Source: Deltaproteobacteria bacterium (GTDB lineage: Bacteria; Myxococcota; Kuafuiibacteriia; Kuafuiibacteriales; Kuafuiibacteriaceae). Taken from it: a stretch of 64,000 bases of DNA. Shown piece after piece: positions 9,562-19,404 of this stretch (the stretch's first letter is position 1; the number at the start of each line of letters is the position of its first letter). The stretch is from assembly GCA_040218735.1 (NCBI GenBank), contig JAVJQW010000041.1:1-64000 (forward strand), in the 5' to 3' direction. The notes beneath the pieces were generated by a model, which saw only the letters and a list, made by a program, of their open reading frames with translations, ran no database searches and had not been told where the DNA came from. Made by a program: the position numbers and the translations under genes.

Positions 9562-11037
9562 TCAGGGCGGCGGATTCGTGAATCCGATGCGCCGGGCGCG
9601 TTCATCCACCCAGCTCCACACCGGTTTGCCGAGGCCCGGGTCGTACCGCACCAACCCGACGTTGCCGGGATACATACGCGCGGAGAGGAACGCCTTGTCG
9701 CGAACGATGGCGCCCTCGCGATCGATCATGTACCAGCCCCCGCGTTTCTTCACGAAGGCGCGTCGACCCACGAACGGTTGGGCGTCGCGCCAGGCGCGGT
9801 TCGGCGCGATGACGAGCTTCCCTTCGAGGTCGGCGTAGCCGACGCCCCGCTTCGTGCGACGCACGATGAGACGTTCGCCGTGTCGAGGGGCGCGTCGTGT
9901 CGAGGGTCGGTCGAGATAGGCGCCGACGCTGTTGATCAGGCGCCAGCGCTTCTTGACGCGGACCGCAGCGACGCCTCCGCTGAACGGCGTCACCTCGGTC
10001 AGCTCGTCGAGGGGCTGGAGTCGGTGACCGTGTTCGTCGAGGTACCCGTGTTCGCGCACGCCGTCCTCGACGATGACGTACGGATGCCATCCGTCCCGGG
10101 GCGGCCCGATGTGTTCGAAGCGCGCCTCGCCCAGGCGCTCGCCGGCGAGATCGATCAGTCCGTACCGGAGCGGCGCGTCGGCGCTTCGCCGCTCACCGAT
10201 CGCCGCGGCGTAACCTTGGATGGATTCGGCGAGCTCGTACCGAAGAGGGATGACCTCCGCGCCTTCGAAGTCGAGGTACCCGCAGGCGCGACGTCCGTCG
10301 CGTCGTTCACACACCGGTACGCGATTGAAGACACCGAGGCCCGCCCACTCGAACGGACCGGGGATGACGAGGTCGCCGGTCTCCTTGGCGAGCCCCATGC
10401 CGCCATCGACGAGGACGGGGACGAGCACCGGGAAGTCGGCGTCCATGTACGCGATGAAGGCGGCCGGGACCTCCAGTCTGCCGCGCGCGCTCAGCCACGG
10501 GAGTCGGTCCGAATCCAACGCGAAGGTGTATCGACCGGGCGGGAGAAGTCGGTCCTCGAGTTTGCAGTGGCGGTCCGCCCACACCGGCACCACCATCTTC
10601 GCGGAGACCTTGAAGCGGAACCGCGCGTCGGTGCCGGGCTCGAGCGTGATGCGCGTGTCGAAGCCGTTGCAGAACCCCCACGACTCACATTTGCGGGTGA
10701 CGCGCGCGCCGTTTGCATCGATCAGCACGATGCGCCGCGGCCGACCGCAGAACAGGTTGCCCAGGTTGACGTCGAGCACTTCGTCGGTGGGGTTGTCGAT
10801 GACGTAGTCGACGCTCGTCTCTTCGTTGGGCCGAAGACGGATCGCATTGGGGAGAAAGGTCGTTCGCAGGGCCTTGGGCGGCGCACGCGGGGGTTCGGTG
10901 GTGCGGCAGGCCGTGGCCGTGGCGACCCACGCCAGGTCGAGGCGATTCCCGCGGCACGCACGAACGAGCGTGGGGGCGGACGCGGAGACATCCGCGATCC
11001 CGAGGAACGTCACGCTCAGGATCGCGAGGACGCGCAC
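9562..11037 (-). CDS. Secreted WG-repeat (KWG-type) protein
   Basis: Signal peptide; repeats 'CGYLDFEG', 'YGLIDLAG', 'HGYLDEHG', 'WRLINSVG', 'VGYADLEGKLVI', 'WYMIDREG'. Confidence 0.8.
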   Translation of the reverse strand: MRVLAILSVTFLGIADVSASAPTLVRACRGNRLDLAWVATATACRTTEPPRAPPKALRTTFLPNAIRLRPNEETSVDYVIDNPTDEVLDVNLGNLFCGRPRRIVLIDANGARVTRKCESWGFCNGFDTRITLEPGTDARFRFKVSAKMVVPVWADRHCKLEDRLLPPGRYTFALDSDRLPWLSARGRLEVPAAFIAYMDADFPVLVPVLVDGGMGLAKETGDLVIPGPFEWAGLGVFNRVPVCERRDGRRACGYLDFEGAEVIPLRYELAESIQGYAAAIGERRSADAPLRYGLIDLAGERLGEARFEHIGPPRDGWHPYVIVEDGVREHGYLDEHGHRLQPLDELTEVTPFSGGVAAVRVKKRWRLINSVGAYLDRPSTRRAPRHGERLIVRRTKRGVGYADLEGKLVIAPNRAWRDAQPFVGRRAFVKKRGGWYMIDREGAIVRDKAFLSARMYPGNVGLVRYDPGLGKPVWSWVDERARRIGFTNPPP

Positions 11038-11107
11038 GCCATGGACGATACGGGTGCGCGCGCGGTCGACCTATCGTTTGCTCGGCGCTCGGACGATGAG
11101 CGGATGC

Positions 11108-12640
11108 TCAGCGTCGTATCCCCAGCTTCGCGATTCGGCTCTGCAGCGTGCTCGGCTTCAGCCCGAGGATCTCCGCTGCGCCGCCGGGTCCGTAGATCTT
11201 CCCGTCCGTCGCTTCGAGCACGCGCTCCACGTAGTCCTTCTCCATCGAGGACAGCGATGGCCACGACGTCGGGTCGCCGGACACCGTGCGGCTCTTCGTG
11301 CGCTTGGGGCGGAGCGCGTCGATCTCGATCGTGCCGGGGGATGCGATGATCGTCGCGCGCTCCAGGCAGTTCTCGAGCTCGCGCACGTTGCCGGGCCACT
11401 CGTAGTCCATCAACGCCTCCTTCGCGCGGTCGGAGAGTGTCCAGGGGCCGCGGCCGGTCTGGGCCGCGACGCGATCGAGGAAGGCCTCGGCGATCGGGAC
11501 GATGTCGTCCTTGCGCTCCGCGAGGCGGGGGAGCTCGATTGGGAAGACGTCGAGGCGGTAGTACAGGTCCTCGCGGAAGCGCCCGGCGCGCATCGCCTCC
11601 TCCAGGTTGACGTGGGTCGCGGCGATGATGCGGACGTCGACCTTCAGCGTGCGGTCGCTCCCGACCGGCTCGAACGTCCCCTCCTGAAGCGCGCGTAGCA
11701 ACTTGGCTTGCGCGCCGAGCGGGAGGTCGCCGATTTCGTCGAGGAGGAGCGTGCCTCCGTTCGCGACCGCGAACCTCCCCGGACGGTCACTCGTCGCGCC
11801 GGAGAACGCACCCTCCGTGTGACCGAAGAGCTCACTCTCCACGAGTCCCTCGGGGAGCGCCGCGCAGTTGAGCTTCACGAACGGGCCGTCGGCACGTTTG
11901 CTCCACGCGTGGACGGCGCGCGCGACGACCTCCTTGCCCGTACCGGTCTCGCCGGTGATCAGCACCGGGACGTCCGTGGGGGCAACCTGTCGCGAGAGGC
12001 GCGCGATGCGCTGCATCGAAGGGTTGGTGCTGCGCTCGACGAGCGCACGTGCGTCGACCTGTCGCGTGACCTCGTCGATCAACAGGCGGTTCTCTTCCTT
12101 GAGGCGATGCCCCTCGCGGTGGAGCGTTCTTGCCTGCTCCGCGGCGACCATCGCGAGGCCGATGATCTGGCCGTAGATCGTCGCGAGGTCGACGGCGCGC
12201 GGGTCGTACTTGCCGCAGACGCTCCGGTCGAAGGTCATCGCGCCGAGCGTGCGGTCCGAGAAGAACAGCGGCACGACCATGCAGGAGTGCCCGTCGACGA
12301 GATCCACGACGCCGTCGTAGGGGTCGCCTTCGTGTTCGTGGTCGTGCTCCTCGAGCACACGCGTGCGGCGGCTCTCCAGCGCGAGCCGGACGCTCGGGAA
12401 GTCGGCGAGCGCGATGCGGTGTCGGCGGACGTCGTCGTTGGCGAGCCGACCGCGCGCGCACCGCACCGCGAGCTCGTCGCCGGACAGCTCGAGGACCGCG
12501 GCGAGGTCGTACGGGATGGTCCCGGAGAGGTAGTCCAGCGCGCGCTCGAGGAGCGCGTCCGTGTCGCCGACCTGCCCCACGAGCAGCGCGACGCGCTCGA
12601 GATCCTTCGTCAGATCAACCGGCGCTTCGGAGGACTTCAC
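11108..12640 (-). CDS. Sigma54-dependent transcriptional activator (GAF-AAA-Fis HTH), NorR-like
   Basis: GAF with 'DPYDG..HSC..TFD', Walker A 'GETGTGKE', 'ESELFGH.EGAFSGA', 'LLLDEIG', 'FREDLYYRL', '[10 protein letters not shown]', C-terminal HTH. Confidence 0.92.
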   Translation of the reverse strand: MKSSEAPVDLTKDLERVALLVGQVGDTDALLERALDYLSGTIPYDLAAVLELSGDELAVRCARGRLANDDVRRHRIALADFPSVRLALESRRTRVLEEHDHEHEGDPYDGVVDLVDGHSCMVVPLFFSDRTLGAMTFDRSVCGKYDPRAVDLATIYGQIIGLAMVAAEQARTLHREGHRLKEENRLLIDEVTRQVDARALVERSTNPSMQRIARLSRQVAPTDVPVLITGETGTGKEVVARAVHAWSKRADGPFVKLNCAALPEGLVESELFGHTEGAFSGATSDRPGRFAVANGGTLLLDEIGDLPLGAQAKLLRALQEGTFEPVGSDRTLKVDVRIIAATHVNLEEAMRAGRFREDLYYRLDVFPIELPRLAERKDDIVPIAEAFLDRVAAQTGRGPWTLSDRAKEALMDYEWPGNVRELENCLERATIIASPGTIEIDALRPKRTKSRTVSGDPTSWPSLSSMEKDYVERVLEATDGKIYGPGGAAEILGLKPSTLQSRIAKLGIRR

Positions 12641-12743
12641 CCAAATATCGGTACCACGGGAGAACGGCCAGTCAAACGGCCTCGATCACGAAATATCGCT
12701 GCTTTTCGATCCCGAAATATGGGTGCCCACCGGTATTTGGGTG
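12639..12743. promoter_or_regulatory. Cluster of putative enhancer (activator) binding sites, consensus about CCGAAATATCGG
   Basis: acccaaatatcggt (12639-12652), cacgaaatatcgct (12687-12700), cccgaaatatggg (12711-12723), and the reverse copy caccggtatttgggtg (12728-12743). Confidence 0.7.
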
Positions 12744-12765
12744 CGGTGGGAATGGCTAAGTCTAC

Positions 12766-12778
12766 GAAAAGGTTGATT
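12766..12778 (-). promoter_or_regulatory. Putative IHF site
   Basis: Reverse strand reads AATCAACCTTTTC versus consensus WATCAANNNNTTR (one mismatch); it lies between the enhancer sites and the sigma54 promoter. Confidence 0.5.
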
Positions 12779-12787
12779 CGGCTGCCG

Positions 12788-12802
12788 TGGCACGGGGTAT
12801 GC
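12788..12802 (+). promoter_or_regulatory. Sigma54 (-24/-12) promoter of the rubrerythrin operon
   Basis: TGGCACGGGGTATGC = TGGCACG-N4-ATGC with exact GG-N10-GC spacing, divergent from a sigma54 activator gene. Confidence 0.8.
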
Positions 12803-12850
12803 GAAAGAACCAAGACGAGAACCACGGAATCCGGGGCTTTACATTGGGCG

Positions 12851-12870
12851 CTCACCGAAATATCGGTGAG
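12851..12870. promoter_or_regulatory. Palindromic operator, best copy of the CCGAAATATCGG motif, in the 5' UTR
   Basis: CTCACCGA-AATA-TCGGTGAG: perfect 8-bp arms. Confidence 0.65.
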
Positions 12871-12917
12871 GCCGCCGACGGAGCGCTCCGGAGGCAGCAC
12901 ACAAAGGAGAACGACAA

Positions 12918-13337
12918 GTGCCGAATCTGAAGGGGACCAAGACCCACGACAACCTGAAGGCCGCGTTTGCGGGTGAATCCCAGGCAAACCGCCGCTACCT
13001 CTACTTCGCCAAGAAGGCGGACGTGGAGGGGTACCCGGAGGTCGCGAGCAACTTCCGCGAGACCGCCGAGGGTGAGACCGGCCACGCGCACGGCCACCTC
13101 GACTACATCAAGGAGGTCGGCGACCCGGCGACGGGCGAGCCGATCGGCGACACCGAGATGAACCTCAAGGCGGCGATCGCCGGCGAGACGCACGAGTACA
13201 CGGACATGTACCCGGGCATGGCGAAGACCGCGCGCGAAGAGGGCTTCGACGAGATCGCGGACTGGTTCGAGACGCTCGCGAAGGCCGAGAAGTCCCACGC
13301 CGGCCGCTTCCAGAAGATGCTCGAAACGATCAGCTGA
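12918..13337 (+). CDS. Rubrerythrin (short form, no rubredoxin domain)
   Basis: '[20 protein letters not shown]', di-iron ligands 'GETGHA', 'GETHEY', 'AEKSHA'; AAGGAG RBS. Confidence 0.95.
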   Translation: MPNLKGTKTHDNLKAAFAGESQANRRYLYFAKKADVEGYPEVASNFRETAEGETGHAHGHLDYIKEVGDPATGEPIGDTEMNLKAAIAGETHEYTDMYPGMAKTAREEGFDEIADWFETLAKAEKSHAGRFQKMLETIS

Positions 13338-13365
13338 TCCAGCTGTCCGGCTTCGAACAAGCAGT

Positions 13366-13405
13366 CCGCCCGCTCCCTGCGCGCTCGCGCGCGGGGGCGG
13401 GTCGG
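13366..13405 (+). other. Intercistronic GC-rich stem-loop
   Basis: ccgcccgctccctgcgcg-ctcg-cgcgcgggggcgggtcgg is an imperfect hairpin with no U-tract, between rubrerythrin and the next gene. Confidence 0.5.
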
Positions 13406-13422
13406 TACGTCGCGAGGAACCG

Positions 13423-14775
13423 ATGAGCGAAGACACCGTCATCTCTTACAGCCCCACGGAGGGCCTGACCTACGACCCCAGCGAAGAGAGGTACTGGGAT
13501 CCGCTCATGCTGGACATGGAGGTCCGCCGGACCTTCGAGATCTGTCACGGCTGTCGGATGTGCTTCAAGTACTGCGACAGCTTCCCGATCCTGTTCAAGG
13601 CCCTCGACGACCAATACGACGGCGACGTCCGCGCGCTCAACGACGGCGACATCGCCGAGGTCATGGACAACTGCTTCCAGTGCAAGCTCTGCGACGTCCA
13701 GTGCCCGTACACCCCGCGCGACAACCACGAGTACCAGCTCGACTTCCCGAAGCTGGTGCACCGCTACAACGCGCAGCGCCGCAAGGACCACGCGCCGACG
13801 ATGCGCGAGAAGATGCTCGCGAACCCGGACGGCGTCGCGAAGATGGCGCGCATGAGCTTCGGCATGGCGAACGCGATGAACAAGGTCGCGGCGCACCGTT
13901 GGTTCATGGAGAAGGCGCTCGGCATCCACAAGGACAAGCTCCTCCCCGACTTCGCGGGTGAGCCCTTCGACAAATGGGCCGAGAAGAACGGCAAGAAGAA
14001 GGACGACGGCGAGGCCGTGCTGTTCGCGACCTGCTACGTGCAGAACAACGAGCCGAACATCGGTCGCGACGTCGTCGAGGTCATGGAGAAGAACCAGGTG
14101 AAGCTCGCCTGCGGCTCCGGGCAGGTCTGCTGCGGGATGCCGGCGTGGGAAGCCGGGGACCTCGACACCGTCCGCAAGAACGCGAAGCAGAACCTCGACG
14201 CGCTCCTGCCCTACGTCGAGAAGGGCGCGAAGGTCCTCGTCGTCAACCCGACTTGCAGCATGATGATGCGCCGCGAGTATCCGGAGCTCGTCGCCGAGGA
14301 AGACAAGGAGCGCGCGCAGAAACTCTCGGAGGCGATCAACGACTGCGGTGAGTTCCTGTGGTCCATCCGCAACGAGGACCGCTTCAACACCGACTTCAAG
14401 TCCACGCCCGGCGGCGCCGTTGGCTACCACGCGCCCTGCCACCTCCGCGCGCAGGCCGTGGGCTTCAAGGGGCGCGACCTCATGAAGAAGATCCCCGGCG
14501 TGAAACCGAAGCTCGTCATGGAGTGCTGCGGTCACGACGGCACCTACGCGATGAAGGTCGAGACGTTCGAAGCCTCGGCGCGCGTCGGTGAGAAGGCATT
14601 CAATGGAATGAAGGACGCCGAGGCCGAAGTGTGGGCGACGGAGTGCCCGCTGGCCGGCATCCAGTTCGAACAACACGCGGGCAAACGCGCGCTCCACCCG
14701 ATGACCGTGCTCGCTCGCGCCTACCGGGAGGACGGCTTCCCCGAGAAGGTGCCCCCGAAGGAGGATGAAAAATGA
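13423..14775 (+). CDS. Fe-S oxidoreductase (GlpC/HdrD-like, CCG domains), rubrerythrin-associated
   Basis: '[11 protein letters not shown]', '[12 protein letters not shown]', two CCG motifs ('CCGMP', 'CCGHDG'), 'YHAPCH', 'TECP'. Confidence 0.92.
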   Translation: MSEDTVISYSPTEGLTYDPSEERYWDPLMLDMEVRRTFEICHGCRMCFKYCDSFPILFKALDDQYDGDVRALNDGDIAEVMDNCFQCKLCDVQCPYTPRDNHEYQLDFPKLVHRYNAQRRKDHAPTMREKMLANPDGVAKMARMSFGMANAMNKVAAHRWFMEKALGIHKDKLLPDFAGEPFDKWAEKNGKKKDDGEAVLFATCYVQNNEPNIGRDVVEVMEKNQVKLACGSGQVCCGMPAWEAGDLDTVRKNAKQNLDALLPYVEKGAKVLVVNPTCSMMMRREYPELVAEEDKERAQKLSEAINDCGEFLWSIRNEDRFNTDFKSTPGGAVGYHAPCHLRAQAVGFKGRDLMKKIPGVKPKLVMECCGHDGTYAMKVETFEASARVGEKAFNGMKDAEAEVWATECPLAGIQFEQHAGKRALHPMTVLARAYREDGFPEKVPPKEDEK

Positions 14776-15329
14776 TGGAGAAGGTCCGACGCAACGAGAT
14801 CCTCGACTACGTCACGTACACCGAGCAGCGCGGTGAGATTCGCGACGAGGCGCTCGCCGCGAAGAACGCCCGCCGCGTTCAGGTCGGTGACGCGCTGACG
14901 TTCCTGTTCGAGAACCACACCACGGTGCGCTACCAGATCCTGGAGATGCTCCGCGTCGAGCAGATCGTGAAGGAGGCGGAGATCCAGCACGAGATCGACA
15001 CCTACAACGAGCTGCTGGGCGTGGACGGCGGGCTCGGCTGCACGCTCCTGATCGGCATCGACGACCCGGCCGAGCGCGACATCAAGCTGCGCGCCTGGCT
15101 CGACCTCCCGAAGCACATCCACGCGGAGCTCGAGGACGGGTCACGCGTCTCGGCGACCTACGACGTCCGGCAGGTGGGTGAGGACCGCGTGTCCTCCGTT
15201 CAGTTCCTGCACTTCCCGGTCGGCGGGAAGGTCCCGGTGGCGATCGTCGTCGACCACCCCGAGCTGACCGCCCGGACCGAGCTGTCGGACCCCCAGCGCG
15301 CCGCCCTGACCGCCGATCTGGCCTCCTAG
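14772..15329 (+). CDS. DUF3501 family protein
   Basis: 'K..RRVQVG...TFLFEN..TVRYQILEMLRVE', 'EIDTYNEL', 'SSVQFL.F'; canonical position after rubrerythrin and the Fe-S oxidoreductase. Confidence 0.9.
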   Translation: MMEKVRRNEILDYVTYTEQRGEIRDEALAAKNARRVQVGDALTFLFENHTTVRYQILEMLRVEQIVKEAEIQHEIDTYNELLGVDGGLGCTLLIGIDDPAERDIKLRAWLDLPKHIHAELEDGSRVSATYDVRQVGEDRVSSVQFLHFPVGGKVPVAIVVDHPELTARTELSDPQRAALTADLAS

Positions 15330-15385
15330 GCCGCGCCTACATCTTTGCGCCCCCCGATCCGGCCCGGTACGCTCCCGGGCGGTCG

Positions 15386-16333
15386 ATGGGCGACTTCAAG
15401 ACCATCCTCGTCGGGACGGACTTCTCCCGGTTCGCGGGTCGCGGCGTCGCGGCGGCGGTCTCGATGGCCAATCGCTTCGGTGCGCGGCGCGTTCATCTGG
15501 TGCACGTGAGCCCGGCGCCGCCGATGGTGCCGCTCCTCGACCCGCGCAAGAAGTCGGTCTTCGACCGCGCGAAGAAGAGCGCCGAAGAGCGCCTCGAGGA
15601 GCTCGAGGTGCCGAAGACGTCCGTGTGGGTCTCGCGCGAGGTGCGGATGGGGGCCCCCGCCCGTGAGCTCGCGCGCGCGGCCGAGTCGGTGCAGGCGGAC
15701 CTGCTCGTGGTGTCGCGCCACGGGAGCAGCGGGCTCGCGCGCTTCGTGCTCGGCAGCGTCGCGAACTCGCTGATCCGGGTGTCGACGACGCCGGTGCTCG
15801 TGGTGGGCAACGACGGCCCGCCGGAGTGTTTCGAGCGCATCGTCGCCGCGGTGGATCTGTCGCCGATCTCGCGCTCGGTGCTCACCAACGCAATCGCCGT
15901 CGCGCACGCGAGCGCGGGGCAACTCGGAGTCCTCTCCGTCTTCGAGCACCCCATCCTCTCGCAGGACCCGGACCAGCTCCTCCCGCACTACCTGAGCAAG
16001 GACGAGGTCGATGACCTCGGCGAGGAGCACAAGAGCGAGGTCGACGCCCTCGTCGAGAAGGTCCCGCGCGGCGGCCTCGACGTCGACGTCCACGTCGAGG
16101 CCGGCGGGCCCGCGCCAGCGCGCATCCTCCACAACGCCGAAGAGAGCGGCGCCGATCTGATCGTGATGGGCACCAGCGGCAGCAACGCCTGGCACCGGAT
16201 GATCCTCGGCTCCACCGCGAACCACGTGATCAGCAAGGCGCCTTGCGCCGTCCTGATCGTCCCGCCGCTCGCGCGCGCGTCGGTCGGCGAAGACACCACG
16301 AACGACATCCTCGTGCCCGAGCCTGGAGCGTGA
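15386..16333 (+). CDS. Universal stress protein (two UspA domains)
   Basis: 'ILVGTDFS', 'DLLVVSRHG..LGSVA..PVLVV', 'IVAAVDLS', 'DLIVMGTSG..LGSTA'. Confidence 0.92.
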   Translation: MGDFKTILVGTDFSRFAGRGVAAAVSMANRFGARRVHLVHVSPAPPMVPLLDPRKKSVFDRAKKSAEERLEELEVPKTSVWVSREVRMGAPARELARAAESVQADLLVVSRHGSSGLARFVLGSVANSLIRVSTTPVLVVGNDGPPECFERIVAAVDLSPISRSVLTNAIAVAHASAGQLGVLSVFEHPILSQDPDQLLPHYLSKDEVDDLGEEHKSEVDALVEKVPRGGLDVDVHVEAGGPAPARILHNAEESGADLIVMGTSGSNAWHRMILGSTANHVISKAPCAVLIVPPLARASVGEDTTNDILVPEPGA

Positions 16334-16336
16334 TGC

Positions 16337-17107
16337 GTGTTCGGTGAACGCTGCCTCTTCGTCGGCATGGTGCACCTCGCGCCGCTCCCCGGGAGCCCGG
16401 GCTACGCGGGCGACGTTCGCTCAATCTACGAACGCGCCGAACGCGACGCCGACGCGCTCGCCGAAGGCGGCTGCGACGTGTTGCTCGTCGAGAACATGGG
16501 CGACCTCCCGTATCTCAAGGGCGCCGCCGACCCGGAGACGATCGCGTCCATGGCGGTCGCCACCGAGCGCGTGGTCTCACGCGGGCTCCCTACCGGCGTC
16601 CAGGTCCTCGCGGGCGCAAACGAAGCCGCCCTCGGCGTCGCGATCGCCGCGGGCGCTCGCTTCATCCGCGCGGAGGCCTTCGCCTACGCCCACGTCGCGG
16701 ACGAAGGCCTCCTCGAAGCCTCCGCCGGGCCGCTCCTCCGCCGCCGGCGCGCGCTCGGCGCCGACGTCCTCGTCCTCGCCGACATCCAGAAGAAACACGC
16801 GTCGCACGCGCTCACCGCGGACCTCGACCTCGCCGCGCTCGCGAAGGGCTCGGTCTTCTGCGGCGCCGACGGCGTGATCGTCACCGGCGCGTCCACGGGC
16901 GCGTCGACCTCACGCGCCGACGTCGAAGCCGCGAAGGCCGGCGGCGTCCCGGTCTTGGTCGGCTCGGGTGTGACGGACCAAGACGCGGCGAGCCTCGCCG
17001 AGGTCGCGGACGGCCTGATCGTCGGGAGCTGGATCAAGGAGGGCGGGGACTGGCGCCGCCCGGTGGACGTCGAACGCGTGAAGCAGCTCGTCCGCGCGAT
17101 GCGCTGA
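16337..17107 (+). CDS. BtpA/SgcQ family TIM-barrel protein
   Basis: 'GMVHL.PLPGSP', 'VENMGDLP', 'ADIQKKH', 'ADGVIVTG..TG', 'PVLVGSGVT'. Confidence 0.92.
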   Translation: MFGERCLFVGMVHLAPLPGSPGYAGDVRSIYERAERDADALAEGGCDVLLVENMGDLPYLKGAADPETIASMAVATERVVSRGLPTGVQVLAGANEAALGVAIAAGARFIRAEAFAYAHVADEGLLEASAGPLLRRRRALGADVLVLADIQKKHASHALTADLDLAALAKGSVFCGADGVIVTGASTGASTSRADVEAAKAGGVPVLVGSGVTDQDAASLAEVADGLIVGSWIKEGGDWRRPVDVERVKQLVRAMR

Positions 17108-17110
17108 CGC

Positions 17111-18349
17111 TCAGATCGTCGAGAGCGGCTCGACGGCGCCGTCCGGGTCGTCCTCGGTGAAGACGTAGTCGCGGTGCAGCGGGTAGTTCCACGCTACGAA
17201 CACCGCGACGCGGACGATCGCCCACGCCAGCCGGAAGTCGAGCGCCGGGAGGAGCGCGAGGAGCGCGACACCGCCGCTGTTGAGCAGCGCGCTGCTCGCG
17301 CTGACGAACGTGTACTTCCACGCCTGCGTCACCGGCGGGCCGTCGCTCTGGAACGTCCACACGCGGTTCATCGTGAAGTTCACGATGCCGCCGACGATGC
17401 AGCCGAACGCCGTCGCCACCCACGCGGGGAGGGCGACGACCTTCACGAGCATCAGCACGATCACGAAGTCGACCGCGGTCGCCGCGACGGCGGAGACGAG
17501 GTTCTTCGCGAGCATCCCGCCTTCGTTGCGGGCGCTGCGGTTGTAGCTCGGGTCGAGCTTGCCGAGGACGTGGATGAGGCGCTGCACCGCCGTCAGCTGC
17601 GACGTCGCCGCGAGGATGCACAGCCCCACGACCGCCAGCACGTGCATCGGCTTGGGGTCCGTCGGGTGGAGGATCGCCGCGAGGATCGGGCTGAACGTCA
17701 CCGTCGCGCCGAGCAGCACCAAGCGCTCGGGCCGCTGCATCAGGCCGACCTTCACGTCGACGCCGAGGCCTTCGCCGCGCGCCCGGATGTACGGCACGAG
17801 CATCGAGCCGACGAGCGTCGCGAGCACCACGAGGAGCACCCACGAGTCGCGGTAGTACCAAGCGAGGCCGACGAGCATCGCCGACTCGGCGTAGCGGTCG
17901 AGCACCGAGTCGAGCGCGGCGCCCGCGCGGGTCGCCTTGCCGGTGGTGCGCGCGAGGCGGCCGTCGAGGAAGTCACAGGCGCCGGCGAACAGGTACAGCC
18001 AGCCGCCGAGCGAGAAGCGCCCCACGGCGACGGCGACGCCGCCGCCCGCGGCGAGCAGGACGGAGAGGGTGGTGATGGCGTTCGGCGGGACCTCGAAGCG
18101 GGCGAGGCCGCGCCACAGCGGCTGCATGAGCCAGGCGAAGAGGTTGCGTGCGCCCATGCCGAGGAACGCGCTCGAACCGCGGGATTCGACCTCACGGTCG
18201 TGGAAGCGCCCCTTCACGGCGACGCGGATGGCGTACACGACGGCGCCGATCAGGAAGTAGGAACCCAACAGCAGCGCCGGTGCGACGGCGCCCCAGATGC
18301 GGCCTGCGGTCGACAAGTCTCCCTTCAACCAGTCGTAGACGGCGTCCAT
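17111..18349 (-). CDS. CDP-alcohol phosphatidyltransferase (PI/PIP synthase-like) fused to a GtrA-like domain
   Basis: 'PNAIT', 'DFLDGRLAR...GAALDSVLDRY', 'YIRARGE', 'GLMQRPER'; C-terminal GtrA motifs 'NFTMNRVWTF' and 'WNYPLHRDYVF'. Confidence 0.88.
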   Translation of the reverse strand: MDAVYDWLKGDLSTAGRIWGAVAPALLLGSYFLIGAVVYAIRVAVKGRFHDREVESRGSSAFLGMGARNLFAWLMQPLWRGLARFEVPPNAITTLSVLLAAGGGVAVAVGRFSLGGWLYLFAGACDFLDGRLARTTGKATRAGAALDSVLDRYAESAMLVGLAWYYRDSWVLLVVLATLVGSMLVPYIRARGEGLGVDVKVGLMQRPERLVLLGATVTFSPILAAILHPTDPKPMHVLAVVGLCILAATSQLTAVQRLIHVLGKLDPSYNRSARNEGGMLAKNLVSAVAATAVDFVIVLMLVKVVALPAWVATAFGCIVGGIVNFTMNRVWTFQSDGPPVTQAWKYTFVSASSALLNSGGVALLALLPALDFRLAWAIVRVAVFVAWNYPLHRDYVFTEDDPDGAVEPLSTI

Positions 18350-18351
18350 AT

Positions 18352-19347
18352 TTATGTCCCACTCCCCTGCTGCGGACTCGCCCCGTCGTTAGGACGGGCC
18401 GGATCGGCCGCGACGCCGAAACCAGCGAGTCGGACGTTTTCTTTCGCCTCGACGTCGTGTGCGCGCCATCTCGTCACAAGCCAGATCCCCGTGTACGCCA
18501 TTACCCCATAGACGAAACCGGCCAGCACGTCGAGAACGTAGTGATGCCGTAGGTAGACCGCGGAGAAGGCCACGAGCGCCAAGAACGCCCCGGTCGGCAC
18601 CCGCCAGCGCCAGCCGTAGCGCCAGACCACACACAGCACGAGCGTGGGATACCCGCAGTGGAGCGACGGCATCGCGCCGAATACGTTTGCGTTCCGCGAA
18701 TAGAACGACGCGAAGACCCCCACCCCGATCAGGTCGTCGAACCGCGCAGCACCCGCGGCGCTCGGCAGGGCGTCCATCACCGCGGGCCCGAGCCCGTACT
18801 GCTCGACGTACCAGGGTGGGGCAGCCGGGTAGGCGATCCAGGTGATCATCCCCAGGATGTTGATCAGCAGCCAGCCCCACGCGAGCCGCTGCAGCCCGCC
18901 GACGTCCTTGAAGAACAGCAGCGCGCCGACGCCGAACACCTCCAGCAGGTACGTGATGTACGCGAGCCCGCAGAAGAAATCGAAGAGCACCACCGGGTGG
19001 TCCTTGAACCACTCGGGGAGGATCTGCCGGCCGTTCGCGGTGTCCACGCCGAACCACGCCAGCTCCCAGTCGTACAGGTCCTTCACGTGGATCTCGGGCC
19101 GCAGCGGGAGCGCGAGCTTCAGGTTGTCGTACAGGACGCCGACCAGCAGGAACGGCAGCGCGAGGTAGCCGAAGTACGCGGCCTTGTCGCTCCCGCTCCA
19201 GAACAGCCCCAAGAACAGCGCGCAGAACACGTAGTGATCGCCGCGCACCTCCCCGGTGAAGTAGGTCCACACCAGGAACAGGACGATCCCGACGGTGAAC
19301 TTCCACCGCACGGCTTTGCGGTCGAAGCTGTCCGGGACCTGAATCAT
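18352..19347 (-). CDS. Inositol-phosphorylceramide synthase-like (Aur1/Ipt1, PAP2_3 family) membrane protein
   Basis: 'YPAAPPWY', 'GAMPSLH.GY', 'YLRHHYVLD' match the Aur1-type catalytic motifs; multiple TM helices. Start uncertain (19347 or 19374). Confidence 0.8.
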   Translation of the reverse strand: MIQVPDSFDRKAVRWKFTVGIVLFLVWTYFTGEVRGDHYVFCALFLGLFWSGSDKAAYFGYLALPFLLVGVLYDNLKLALPLRPEIHVKDLYDWELAWFGVDTANGRQILPEWFKDHPVVLFDFFCGLAYITYLLEVFGVGALLFFKDVGGLQRLAWGWLLINILGMITWIAYPAAPPWYVEQYGLGPAVMDALPSAAGAARFDDLIGVGVFASFYSRNANVFGAMPSLHCGYPTLVLCVVWRYGWRWRVPTGAFLALVAFSAVYLRHHYVLDVLAGFVYGVMAYTGIWLVTRWRAHDVEAKENVRLAGFGVAADPARPNDGASPQQGSGT

Positions 19348-19404
19348 CGAGGCGACCGATAGGGCGCCCGACACGACCTGGCAAGCGTGTGACGGCCGAC
19401 GGCC

